64,000 nucleotides of DNA from NCBI GenBank assembly GCA_043228905.1, contig JBHGNT010000008.1, positions 17,422,001-17,486,000 on the forward strand. The letters run 5' to 3'. The position numbers and the translations under genes were made by a program. The stretch is from Azolla caroliniana. Taxonomy: Eukaryota > Plantae > Polypodiophyta. The first letter of the stretch is position 1. The number at the start of each line of letters is the position of its first letter. This document shows positions 1-12,292 of this stretch, piece by piece. The notes beneath the pieces are model-generated. The model was not told where the DNA came from. It was given only the letters and a program-made list of their open reading frames with translations, and searched no databases.

Positions 1-100
1 CTTCTCAGGTCTGCCATCTGAGGACATCCTTTCTTGGCTCTATCATTTTGAAATGGTGGCGAGCTATCATTAGTGGCCCGAAGCACGGAAAGCACTAGAG

Positions 101-739
101 ATGCGAACTTTATTGGAGGGCATCGCAGCCACATGGTTCATACAGCAAACAGAGGAGTCCAAGAACGATTGGTCGATACTTAAATCCCTCATGATCAGGA
201 ATTTCGCTCACCATGACTCAACTCAGACGGCTTTGCAGCAACTAGAGACAATCAAACAACAACAACTTGAGCCAGTGACACAATTTGCAATCTGATTACA
301 ACAATTACTTACTCGCACAAATCCAACAATGCCAGAATCGATGAAGCTATTCTTCTTATGGCCACGGCTACGCCCAGAAATATATCGTCGAGTGCACAAT
401 CAAGGCCCCAAAACATTTCAAGAAGCCATCCTCATTGCACAACGCATTGAAGCAGCAACACAAATAGAACTCCAAATGAGCTGGTCATCCAATGTCAATT
501 CCGAGAAACAATACAATAGCAACGCCACGCCAATGGAAATCGATATCCAGAACGCTCAACTACAAGCAAGAAGGAACCTGCCAACACGCGATGCACAAGG
601 AAGACCTAAGTGTTTTTTTTTCAACAACTATGGGCACGTGAAGAAACACTGTCGGAAATGGAACAACCAAACACAGAAGCAAAATGTGCAAGTACAGTTG
701 GCTGACAATAGTTATCGGACCGACCTGTCGGAAAACTAA
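101..739 (+). pseudogene. gypsy gag, with in-frame stop at 293-295 and degenerate zinc knuckle
   Basis: ORFs 101-295 and 329-739 are in the same frame; PMEID motif and CFFFNNYGHVKKHC (CCHC-derived). Confidence 0.8.
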
Positions 740-747
740 GTCGCGGG

Positions 748-3700
748 GTGTTGAAGGGAGCACAACCCCCGCACATACAAGCATCCACATCCTCAAGTTC
801 TCCCGTGTGCACGGCCATGGCGACAATTCTCCATAGCCCGCAAGAAGTTCTCTTCGATTCCGGTAGTAGCATATCTTCCATCAGTCAAGATCTGGTTGAT
901 CACCTCAATCTTTCAACCTCCAAAGCCTCCCCCATTAAGGTGTTATTCGGCAATCACCAACGCCTATATAAGTCCAACACCACAGTCGTCTGCACACTCA
1001 AGCTAGGCTCCACCACGATCACACACACCTTTTACGTCCTTCCACATCAATTGTTCCCACTCACACTCGGATGTGATTGGTTCATCATGAGCAAGGCCCA
1101 ACTCGATTTCCATACGCGTCACCTCACATTACCACAAGCAAGGCCAGTTCCCCTGTTCACAAGCAAATGCAACCAACAAATCAGCAATGCACAGGTAACA
1201 TTAAGCAAGGAGGTTCGCCTAAGCGATGTCCACGAGGTTTTAGCTCAATACCCCGAACTAATCAACTCATCTAACAAGCCCACTACAGTCTCATTCCCGG
1301 TCCAACATGTCATCAACACAGGAAGCGCAACACCTGTCCGGACAGCAGCAACACGACGTTCTCCTTTAGATCATGCACGCATTGACCAAGCAGTAAATGA
1401 GATCATCTCACCCTCATATAGTGATTGGGTATCGGAGCCACACATGGTCAAAAAGGATGATGGCACATACCGATTTTGTGTTGACTTTCGCAAGCTCAAT
1501 CAAGTTACCATCCATGACCTTTACCCTATGCCGCGAATAGATGATCTCTTGGACCAGCTGGGATGCTCAAAGTACTTCACCTCTATCGATCTTGCGGCTG
1601 GATATTGGCAGATTCCAATGGACCCAAGAGATGCACATAAGACAGCTTTCAGAACACGTAGAGGGCTATTCCAGTTCAATAGGATGCCATTTGGCTTGTT
1701 CGATGCAGGGAGCACATTTCAACGGATGGCAAATTCAATATTCGTTGACCTTATCACTGACAGTACAATGCTCGTATACCTGGATGACATTCTAATTCAT
1801 ACTTCCACATGGCCACAACATGTTAAGGTATTACAATCAGTTCTACAACGAATACAACAACACAATTTGAAATTACAATGGAAAAAATGCAGATGGGCTA
1901 GCACCCAGCTCAAGTTTTTGGGCTACATAATTTCTACCGAAGGCCTACAGATGGACCCAAAGAAGACCGAGGCCATGACCAATTTTCCCCGACCAACCAC
2001 AGTCAAGTCCCTGCAGCGTTTCTTAGGCATGGCGACTTTTTCGCTCCGATTCATTCCCAATATGGCCACCATGACAGCACCCCTACGACACTTATTGCGA
2101 AAAGGCTCCAAGTTTGAGTGGACAACAGAATGCGAGAATAGCTTCATCCAATTAAAAAATACACTACACCAAGCAGGTCAGTTAGCTCACCCAGATTTCT
2201 CACGCCCCCTCCTTTTGCAGACAGACGTATCCAATCATGGATTGGGAGCCGTCCTACAACAAACGGATGCAACAGGAGCAGAGCGCCCAATTGCCTATAT
2301 AAGTCGATCCCTTACTCCTGCAGAAAAGAATTACTCCACAACAGAAAAGGAATGGTTAGCAATCGTATGGGCTTTCACAAAGTTCCATCCCTATTTACAT
2401 GGCACCCACGTCAACGTCGAAACGGATCACCAACCCCTAATCCATCTGATTAACAAGCCACACCCGCCAGGTCGCCTATTAAGATGGGCAATGGCTTTAC
2501 AGGAATATCGGTACACCTTAACTTACAAAAAAGGAGTCCAAAATGTGATCGCTGATGGTTTGTCAAGAGTAGAAACACAATGTGTTCAATTCAATCCTAC
2601 ACTAGTCCAATTACCCACAACGATGGCCCAGATAGCAACCCTACAACAAGCCGATGAGCAAATACGACAAATCACCCAGGACATCCAATCGACAACAAGC
2701 AAAAAGGTACACACCCATTTCCAATTGCAAAACAATGTCTTATACTTTATACAAACAGGGAAAGAGCCACGAATCTACATACCACAAAGCTTGCGGAATT
2801 TATATATGCAATTTTTTCACGATCACCCGATGTCCGGCCACCTCGGATTCCACAAGGTATTGGACAAGATCCATCTCCGATATTATTGGCCGCAAATGTG
2901 TACAACGATCGCGGCCTACATCAAACAATGTCACTCATGTCAACAAATTAAGCCTCCCCATTCCAATGTCGGCCTACTCCAACCTATTACTGTTTCTGAA
3001 CCCTTTGAATTAATAGGATGGGATATCATCGGCCCTTTTCTTGAATCCCAGGCAGGAAACAAGTATATCTTAGTCATCTCAGAATACCTGACACGATGGA
3101 CCGAAACCGCCGCAATTCCGGATGCCCGAGCCATCACCATAGCAACAAAGCTGATGGAGCGGATCATTTTCCCACATGGCTGCCCAACTCGCATCCTCTC
3201 AGATCAAGGACCGCAATTTAGCGGAGAGGTACTGCAAGCATTAGCCACACAGTTAGGGATTCAACAGATATTCACCTCCCCATACCATCCCCAGATGAAC
3301 GGATTGACAGAAAGGATGAAGAAGACGATTTAAACAACAACTTACCGCATTCATCGACCCACTACACACAACGTGGGATTTGATCCTACCCTTCATCACG
3401 CATGCGTATAACACTTCGGTGCACGCCTCGACTTGAATCAGCCCTTTCAGAGCACTATATGGAAGAGATCCCCGTTTACCCCCCGACATCAAGGTGGATC
3501 TACCCAAAAAAAATACTCGAACCAATGCGATGGATTGGTGGCTACACTTGCAACAGGTTCAACCTATCTTACGGTTGAGCATACACAAGAATCTACAATT
3601 GGCTCAGTTGCGCCAAAAGCGGTGCTATGATAAGGGTCGTCGGGCGGTCGAGTACACAGCCGGAACAAAGGTCCTAGTCTATTTCCCGATCCGCCGACAA

Positions 3701-3840
3701 GGACTCAGTGAATCAATGATGCATCGATGGATCGGCCCTTTTACGGTCATCCGTTCAATGAGAGCCAACACTTATTCCCTCCACCGCGGTGCTAATGGGC
3801 GGATTACTTATGCGCACGTGATACGGATGAAGCCATATAA
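748..3840 (+). pseudogene. gypsy pol (PR-RT-RNaseH-INT); open for 861 aa, then frameshift/stop in the integrase C-terminal part
   Basis: ORF 748-3333; continuation (WDLILPF..AYNTS.H; WIGPF) in ORF 3494-4153 and its frame. Confidence 0.9.
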
Positions 3841-4410
3841 TCAGCAATCCACAACTCAAGAAGCACAAGAGGAAGAAACTCATCATGACGTCCCCTGCGA
3901 GGATGAATCAGAAAACCCTTCAGTCGCAGCCAGCCAGCAGGACGAAGCGGAGCCACCACCGCACACGAGCAATCGAGATGCCCTCTGCCATAGCAACGCG
4001 GCGGATGTCGCTCCCACTGTGACGGAGGCGAAGAGGCACCATCAGACACAGTCGACATACTCAGATTTTTTGAAGGGGAGAGTTGTGGGATCGCGTGGTA
4101 AAACCACAGGCCAAAACCCTTCCCCTAACCCAAGTAGCTATAACCAGGGTTAGGGGAGTTAGACCTTGGGTTAGTTAGTTACACTAAAGTTAGTAAGAGG
4201 TTAGTTAGAGGTAAGTGTGCCAGGATAACCGAATGTATTACCAAGGTGTATAAAAGCATTCAAATGTAATAGAAAGAAAGGAGAGAGTTTGAGGCATTTT
4301 ACAATATTATGATTAATAAGTATTCAATGTGTATGATTTTCACTTTGCAAGAATAGATTATGATTATTGATACATATCTTGTTTGCGCTTTGGCTTAAAA
4401 ACATTAAAAC

Positions 4411-4562
4411 GATATTTATTTTTTGTATTTTTATTATCTTTTTGAGGTAGTTATACTGATATGTGTATCTTTTTGTAAAAACATTAGAAGGATATTTATT
4501 TTTTGTATTTTTATTATCTTTTCGAGGTAGTTATGCTGATATGTTATGTGTATCTTTTTGTA
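4411..4562. repeat. AT-rich tandem duplication, about 80-bp period
   Basis: GATATTTATTTTTTGTATTTTTATTATCTTTT.GAGGTAGTTAT starts at 4411 and again at 4491. Confidence 0.75.
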
Positions 4563-4916
4563 CTTTGAAATGTATAACAATGTAGCAATGAAATGTTTAA
4601 CAATCATAATGTGCAATCTATTCGCTAATATTTGACTTTAGAAGACAATAATAAAATGTGGTTATAACTTATATCTGTTGCTCATTGCATGTGCGCACGT
4701 CAATCATAAACTACAGTAGTACGTCAGCAACAACGGAGGCCTGTGGCTGTCTTATTCAATGCAAGTACAACCACAATGTCCATTCATAAACCACAATTAC
4801 CAGTGGGGGACAATCGCCAATCAAGAGCGTTGTAACTTGTAATCATTTATTCAGTGGATAGATGGTGCGTATATGATGATGCTCATGCTATATGACATTT
4901 GAGCCACCACCTTAGC

Positions 4917-5624
4917 TCAAGCCAACGTAGCCTCCACACTGGCGGTGAGGGCATCCACCTCCGCCTGGTCGATGCCGAATGTATTCTGGAGCACGATCCC
5001 TGGCAGAGGTGGGTTCGCGGCAAACAGGGCAGCTGCAAGCTGAGAGACCCCTGGATTCTGGCTGTTCAGGGCAGAGATGGCTAACGCTTCAATCTTCTCG
5101 TCGGGGTTGATCTGGAAGTGGGGGAGACCACGGGGGAACACGAAGAGATCGCCCGCATACAGTGTGGCCTGGAAGAGTGTGTTGTTGGTGGAGATGAAGC
5201 CGACGGTGAGCGTGCCCTGAGCTAGCAACAGCACTTCGGTGGCACGTGGGTGGACGTGGGGAGGGTTGAGTCCCTTTGGCGGGAAGTCGATGCGAGCGAT
5301 GGACAGGCCCAGCGTGTTGAGCCCCGGGAAGTTGTCGACAGAGGCGAGGGTCACGATCGCCTGCACACCATTGTTGGGGCGAGGATCTGCGGCTGAGGAT
5401 CGCAGCACGGTGGACGTGAAGTCCTCGGCTGTGACTTTGTAGGCGGGCTTGCATGTGCGCCCATTGATGGTGATGGCCGTATAACCATCATCATTATCGG
5501 CCACACAAAAATCTTGCAACGGATCCTCGTCTGCTGCCCCCGCAGGCTGGCCTGGAGCTGTGACACATAAAGCTACAAATACAAGCCTGAGAGCGAGCAA
5601 TACAGAATTGGGGAGGGAAGCCAT
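4917..5624 (-). CDS. germin-like protein (cupin), type A copy 1, intronless, secreted
   Basis: Hydrophobic signal peptide; box A QDFCVAD; second Cys in CK; box B GLNPPHVHPRATE; box C GDLFVFPRGLPHFQ; NNT sequon; ALNSQNPG. Confidence 0.95.
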   Translation of the reverse strand: MASLPNSVLLALRLVFVALCVTAPGQPAGAADEDPLQDFCVADNDDGYTAITINGRTCKPAYKVTAEDFTSTVLRSSAADPRPNNGVQAIVTLASVDNFPGLNTLGLSIARIDFPPKGLNPPHVHPRATEVLLLAQGTLTVGFISTNNTLFQATLYAGDLFVFPRGLPHFQINPDEKIEALAISALNSQNPGVSQLAAALFAANPPLPGIVLQNTFGIDQAEVDALTASVEATLA

Positions 5625-5903
5625 ATCCTCACTTTCTCGGATAATAGGAGCAATGTGTTGTATATGCTCTAAGCTATGGCAGAGATAGAGAGCGAGGCTT
5701 GGAAGGGTCTGTTGGAAGGACGATAGAGAGAGATGATGGATGAGGATACAGGCTTAATTCTACACATGTATATATATACGTATTTAGACATACTCTTGTG
5801 TTTCTTGAGTGCCGTATACTCTTGTGTTTCTTGAGTGTCTGTGTTTCTGTAGCGATGGGGTTTGGTGGGTTCGTAGTTGTTTGCTTCCTTCGTCCGGAAG
5901 CTA

Positions 5904-5945
<42 letters not shown>

Positions 5946-7757
5946 TGTGGCCGAACTTCTAAGTGTCTGTCTCTGTCTCCGTCTCTCGAGATGCTTCTTA
6001 TGAACGGGGGACCAAACTTAATGTATTTTCAAATATTCTACCATTTTTTGGGTAGTTCTCTTGACAACATTCAAAAGGAGCCTTTCTGGGTGTATTAGAA
6101 GCTTTACATGTAACGCTTGTGAATTTGTAAGCTTTAGACATCTGCAGTGTTTGTGAGTTTGCCATGTATGTTTTCACCTCGCCCCTTCCTAATACACACA
6201 CATCACCTACACACCCCCTCGTCGACATTATCAATACAACATATTCACGTGTCCATGAAAGAACTTAGTGTACATGTTTGCGGGCTTGCTAACCTCTCTA
6301 TGATTCGTAATGCATTCCCCTACATTCCACTACGAAGAATAGACAATCTCACCCTTATCATTTTATAGATCCTATCAAACTATGTATGGAACATGTAACT
6401 TGTTTTTCTGACTTTTCACATGATAAGATAGAACTGAAACATTCTATTCAATAGTAAATACATCTAACATGCATGGCTCTCTCCTATAATTGCATTCAAT
6501 GTCACAAACTCAAGCAATATCTTTCAACATATAAGTGACCTCTACAAATTACCTAAATGCATATGTTCAACTATCGGGATGTCTATCAAAATTGGGTTGT
6601 CTTCCTACCAGTTATTGGAAATTTTGATTCTTCTCCCACAGTGGGCACCGCCAATATTGTTCCATCAAGGTTGTGGTAAATGACATTATCATTTGAACTC
6701 CTAATCACCATAGCTAAAGCAAACCACCAGTTTGTAAACTTTAGTATGAGTTGTGTTGGTTGTACCCTTTCTTTCTTCGATTGCTCTATGGTTATCTCTA
6801 TGTCATGGACCTCTTTTCAAGTTGCCTAATCCTTATTGTGAGAAGATCCTCCCCACTCACTTCCTCCCATGGCATAGTGACTACTGAGTCGGTTGGATGG
6901 AGCCCATCCCTATGTCACAAATTTGGGTGTAATTGGTTTGGTAAGGATTGTTCAAGTTGTCAATAAGGTTCGTAATAGGGAGCATGATGCTAGAAGAAGT
7001 TCAAAATGGTAGGGATGTGAAATGACATCCAAACTGCGAGATGAGTTGTGAATAAAATATCACAAAAGCACAGAAAAGGAGATACACGAGCAATGAGTAA
7101 GACAAGTAAATAGAATGGTTGGTTGTTGAGCTTCTTGAGAACGAAATTGTAAGAGGACACGCTTTCTATAGAATTATGTATGCAAACGATAGACCATTAA
7201 TGCGTGCCACCTCGCAACTCTCTATATCACGTGGCACCCAATAACTCTTATCTCTGTACACAAGTAACCATGTGACCATTGTTATCACATAATTAGGTGG
7301 AATCATAGAATATGCTACCAATATCGCCTATTACATTTTAATGTGTAGCATATCATCAGTCATGACAAAATCGTGCCGATATGTGAAATGGAATAGGGAA
7401 ATGGTTAGTAAGGGACTCTAAAGCATTCAAACATGTAGCCTCGCGTCATAGCATTGCAACTCTCAAAACACATTTGAGAATTAGTCACATGTAGGATGTG
7501 ATCAATGTTGTGCTCGCAAATATCGTGCCGTGCCGCACACATCCATACATATTGGAAGGAAGGCATACATCTCCTACAACAAAGGAGAGAGAAGATGTCC
7601 GTCTTGTTTGCCGGTCAATTGATTGAAGAAGGAAGGCCTTTTACTTTTTCTTTCTTTCTTTCTTTCTGCAGGTTTACGATTTCTCCCTCCTCTCTCTCGT
7701 GTCTTCAATTCAACAACGCGTTGCCTCGACGCTCTGCACACACAACACACACACACA

Positions 7758-7808
<51 letters not shown>

Positions 7809-7933
7809 AATACATCCTCATTCTCATCATCCTACCCCATCCCTATCCTTCCCTACTACTGTCTCTCATTCACGCACATTCAGTAAACAACAACAAACTC
7901 CTCCAGCCTCACATATAAGAAACAACAACAGAC
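5625..7933. promoter_or_regulatory. divergent intergenic/promoter region shared by GLP-A1 and GLP-B1
   Basis: Genes are head-to-head; TATA-like runs near 5768-5778 and 7795-7812, each next to GA/CT microsatellites; conserved in the duplicate copy. Confidence 0.6.
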
Positions 7934-8695
7934 ATGCCTTCTTCTTCTTCTTCTTCTTCTAGAATGCTAGCCCTCCTCAGCCTTATTGTCGCTTTATATG
8001 TCACAGCTCCTCCTGGCCTACTTGTGGGCGCAGCGGACGAGGACCCGCTGCAAGATTTCTGTGTGGCCGATGCCAATGCAGCTGCAGCCATCACCATCAA
8101 TGGCGTAACCTGCAAGCCAGCCCACAAAGTCGTAGCCCAGGACTTCACGTCCACGCTGCTGCGATCACCTGCAGCAACAGCAGCAACCACATATGATTCT
8201 TATTATACTACTGGCTCCCAGCGCAGCAGCAATGGCAGTAAGGCGGCCATGGTCACCTTGGCCTCTGTGGCCACCTTCCCTGGGCTCAATACGCAAGGCC
8301 TGTCCATCGCTCGCATCGACTTCCCGCCCAACGGCGGACTGAACCAACCCCACGTCCACCCGCGTGCCAGCGAGGTGCTCTTCCTGGTGCAGGGCACGCT
8401 CACCGTCGGCTTCGTCTCCACCGCCCCCAACAACACGCTCTTCCAGGCCACGCTCTACCCCGGCGATCTCTTCGTCTTCCCCCGCGGCCTCGTCCACTTC
8501 CAGATCAACCTAGACAAGAAGAATCCAGCTCTGGCCATCGCCGCCTTGAACAGCCAGAATCCAGGACTCTCCCAGCTCGCTGTGGCCCTCTTCGCCGCCA
8601 ACCCACCACTGCCAGGGATGGTGCTTCAGAATACGTTCGGCATAGAGCAGTCTGAAGTGGACGCCCTCGCGGCCAGCGTGAAAAAGGCAAACTAA
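7934..8695 (+). CDS. germin-like protein, type B copy 1, intronless
   Basis: Signal peptide; QDFCVAD; GGLNQPHVHPRASE; GDLFVFPRGLVHFQ; Thr/Tyr/Ser-rich insert before the cupin core. Confidence 0.95.
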   Translation: MPSSSSSSSRMLALLSLIVALYVTAPPGLLVGAADEDPLQDFCVADANAAAAITINGVTCKPAHKVVAQDFTSTLLRSPAATAATTYDSYYTTGSQRSSNGSKAAMVTLASVATFPGLNTQGLSIARIDFPPNGGLNQPHVHPRASEVLFLVQGTLTVGFVSTAPNNTLFQATLYPGDLFVFPRGLVHFQINLDKKNPALAIAALNSQNPGLSQLAVALFAANPPLPGMVLQNTFGIEQSEVDALAASVKKAN

Positions 8696-9023
8696 AGGTT
8701 GAATCGGAAGACGGTCACCCTGTAGCAAGCAGCAATCCTGAATCTCACTACCTTTATATACCCATCTCTCTATCCACGCCTACTTACGTCTCGTAATTAA
8801 ATTCACAGCATGCATGTCACCACCATGTTCATAATAATACCTTGCGCTTGCATTGGGGCGGCATTCCTCGCTCACAATAAGTTAGTTAGTTGGTAGTCTT
8901 TGTGTAATAACTGAATGCTCTTTTAACATAGTCATTTTCTTATTACTAAGACTCACGCGTGTATCTGTCTTATGTATACAAACATATAAATATACATTGT
9001 GTGATGATCGATAGTGTGTGTTG

Positions 9024-9078
<55 letters not shown>

Positions 9079-9479
9079 ACATGCCCAAATTGTTTCCATC
9101 ACCACTCGAGTGCCATTCGTACACAAAGAATTCATTACCAACTATACATACATGTGCAACCAGTCGTTCTGAAGTTCTTTCGGTTTCCTTGTTGCGAACA
9201 TACTCCCTACGAGGGTTTACTCATCAAGAAACGAAGTTTGTGGAGTTAAAACACATGACAGGGTTTCATACCAATATAACTTGATATGGAATGTAGTATC
9301 TCAAAAGATTACTAAGCACATTTACCAATAGATTACATACATGCATGGAAACTGAGCAAGAGATTGGCCTAATTATTATGTGCACATATTGTGGTGTACC
9401 TTTTTGAGTAAGCACATGCCTTAAATCTAGAAAGAAAGAAAATGAGACTTGAGTAAGACAAATCCAGATGTGTACAACT

Positions 9480-10290
9480 CACAATGTACCTACCTTATAC
9501 TTCCAAGGATTTGTCGATAAGGAAGTGATTTCATGAGTTGCTCTTCTTCCATGGTCTTTGGACTATAATTGGATGATAGTTTGCACGGTACGGTCATTGG
9601 TGTTGCAACAGGTTTACACTTGGACATCTCAAACTTGTGAAGAATTTCTTCGACCAATTTCCATTGTGACATGGTAAGTGTGCCTTTCGTCCTATTCCTT
9701 GTTACCTTGATACCAATGCAATACCCTAGTGGTCCAAGGGAAACTTCTCCTTGAGTTGATTTATAGCCTTTCGCATTGAAGTACTAGAGTTAGAGGCAAT
9801 TGGTAAATCATCAACATACACACCAATGGTTGCATAGTCACTTCCTAAAGATTTGGCGCGGCTTGAAGACACTGAAAATTAATAGACATAAGAAATTTAT
9901 GGAGCTTATAATGCCACATTCGTGGAAATTGTTTCAAACCATACAATGACTTATGAAGCTTACACACATACTTTGGGAATTTTGAATCTTCAAAAAATGC
10001 GAGTGTTGCATGGATATTTCTTCATTTAAGTCACCATGTAAAAACGCGGTGTTGATATCCAAGTGGTGAAGTTCAAGAATAAAACCAGTTGAAAAAGCAA
10101 GCACGGTACGTAATGGAACCATGTTTAGTGTCGCAGCAAATGTTTCTTTAAAATCCACGCTAGCAATTTGTGAAAACTTACGAACAACAACACAAGCTTT
10201 ATATCTTGTCACTACACCATGTGCATCTTTCTTCTTCATGAGTGCCCACTTACTAGATACAATGTTACGATGCTTTGGTCATGGCGCCAA
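9480..10290 (-). pseudogene. degenerate Ty1/copia RT fragment
   Basis: RYKA..V...F.Q...VDF.ETFA, HLDINTAFLHGDL, KPVATPM and PYRQILGS motifs. Confidence 0.8.
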
Positions 10291-10477
10291 GGTGAATATA
10301 GAATAAAGAATAATATTAGTAGGAAAATAAAACATATTATGATAAATAAAGTAAGAAATAATTATTCCTAAAATACCCCTCTTTTATAAAAACGTTGTGT
10401 AACTACCCTCTTATATATATACACATTGTAACCACTATTCATGTCATGTGAGAAATACAACTGTTAGTTTCTTGATG

Positions 10478-10508
<31 letters not shown>

Positions 10509-10509
10509 C

Positions 10510-11800
10510 ATGTGGACGCAATTAGAGAGACCATTGATGATGATGTTATCACGCCAACTCCGAAGCAAATCGTCGGTCCCACATGACATTATTAGGGCTG
10601 AGTTCACTCTACCCCCTATGTTATTAGAAGCACTTTTTCAACTTGTAGTCTTTATCCATGGGATACATAACCAACCACTTCATAGAATATCCCATCAAGC
10701 CTTTAAGGCTTCTCGAGCACTGTATGAGTCCGGCTATACTAGCTCATGGTATGGCATGATGGTGAGTTGGCTTCTTGCCAACGGTCTAGACATTAATACC
10801 TCCCCCCCCTTAAGTACGACCACACGACTGATAACACTTTAATCTCTCATGAGGACCGTAATAAAGTAATACGCAAAGAAATATGGCAAATTTATACTCG
10901 GTATAAATGGATCACCCCACTAGAGCCACTCCCATCTAAAATGTCGTACTATAAGGAATACTTTATGCACTTCTATAAGTTAGGTTTTATCATGCGACCA
11001 AGATATCTAGATGTATTCTTACCACATGCACTAAGGGTTGCCATTGGTCAACATAGAATATCATCTTAGAATGGACGTACTAATGGAGTCCCTAGGGAGG
11101 AAAGGATATGTAGGTTATGCCACATAGAGATAGAGGATGAGTACCATTTTACATGCAAATGCCCCACCTATGCCAAGATAAGGGCAAAATACCAAGACAT
11201 ACTTGGTTCCTCTCCCGCCCTCCCTAAACTATTAGATACACTAGATATAAAGAAATTAGGTAGATACATCTTAGAATTGAAACAACACAGAGAGAATAGG
11301 TTACAATACGTTGATAATAATGTTGCTAATGTTCACCAACATGTAACAAATGAAGTTTTTCAAGAATAGGGGGAGACAATGAATGTCGTCACACCTGCAC
11401 CACTCGGGCTTTTCCTTGATGAAGCAGAAAATCAAAGAAGAACCAAACGCCCTTGGATGCTAGGTTTCGAAGCAACTCGACGAGATGTAGAAGTAATAAA
11501 GAAAATAAGGGAACGTGAACTACACCGACTAGAAGCCATGGCTAGGGCACTCTATGCATCGGGACCATGGGTCACAGCCACACCAAAAACTTTTGACCTC
11601 CCACTTCTTTTTGAGAGACTTGGGTGGAAATGAGATTAGGCTTAGTGCAAAGTTTTGTACACTACTAGAACTCTCTTAGGTTAAGCTATTTTCTTTTATT
11701 TTAGTTTTGATGATTGGATAAACACTCATTTTTGTTGTAAACCAATTGTCTCATGGGCCAAATTTGGCCTTAGAAGACGTTAATATATCTTTCTTCTTCT
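10510..11800 (+). mobile_element. 5'-truncated non-LTR retrotransposon (RTEX-like ORF2 C-terminus)
   Basis: About 11090-11195 translates PREERICRLCHIEIEDEYHFTCKCPTYAKIRAKY, a LINE C-terminal CCHC. Upstream has I.RAEF.LPP. Both ends abut TC/TTCT microsatellite. Confidence 0.6.
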
Positions 11801-11808
11801 TTCTTTCT

Positions 11809-11854
<46 letters not shown>

Positions 11855-12254
11855 TGTTATCTTCTTCCTATCTCTTGTGTTATTGCTTGATTTCTTATAT
11901 GGTATCAAAGAAAAATTTGAGACATCAATCAAAACACAAAACATTTTGTTCTTGCATTGATCCGATGATCTAAGCAATATGGAGTTCGAAGAAGAATCAG
12001 AAAACCTATCCACATCCACATCAAACAATCACCATCTTGCAAATCCATCAAATATGGTAAGAAAATACGTATTTGAGAAACTAACTACCTATAATTACAA
12101 GATGTGGAAGACATAGATGGAGTTGATAATGTAACGTAATAATCTAAAAGATATAATAGATGGCTCCATGAAAATGCCTGCACAAGAAAATGGGATGTGT
12201 GTAAAGAATCAAGAGATGGATTCTGTGCAGCGGAATAAATATGAATTGTGTGTG

Positions 12255-12292
<38 letters not shown>

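Larger units (their letters stand above)
1..4303 (+). mobile_element. Ty3/gypsy LTR retrotransposon, 5' end outside window (gag-PR-RT-RH-INT, PPT, putative short 3' LTR)
   Basis: PR motif LFDSGS, RT YLDD, RH LQTDVS..GLGAVL, INT HHCC (H..GH..C..C) and GPF motif, in gypsy order. PPT AAGGGGAGAG at 4073-4082 is followed by TGTGGG at 4084. LTR end (TTTTACA, 4303) is a guess. Confidence 0.9.
4595..8688 (+). repeat. segmental duplication copy 1 (GLP-A/GLP-B pair); copy 2 is 32203-34958 plus 43996-45387
   Basis: Colinear high identity from GTTTAACAATCATAAT (4595 vs 32203) to the last GLP-B codons; the empty insertion site GCTAC is at 7314-7318. Confidence 0.95.

Noticed and set aside
3840-4153. Env-like or extra ORF after integrase
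   Set aside because: No transmembrane segment; it is the low-complexity integrase tail reading into PPT and LTR.
6250-7150. Possible decayed coding or transposon fragment in the GLP spacer
   Set aside because: No motif could be recognised by eye; conservation is explained by the recent duplication.
7505-9284. ORFs with LSLS, THTH or CVCV runs and antisense GLP shadow ORFs
   Set aside because: Translations of microsatellites or of the opposite strand of GC-rich genes.
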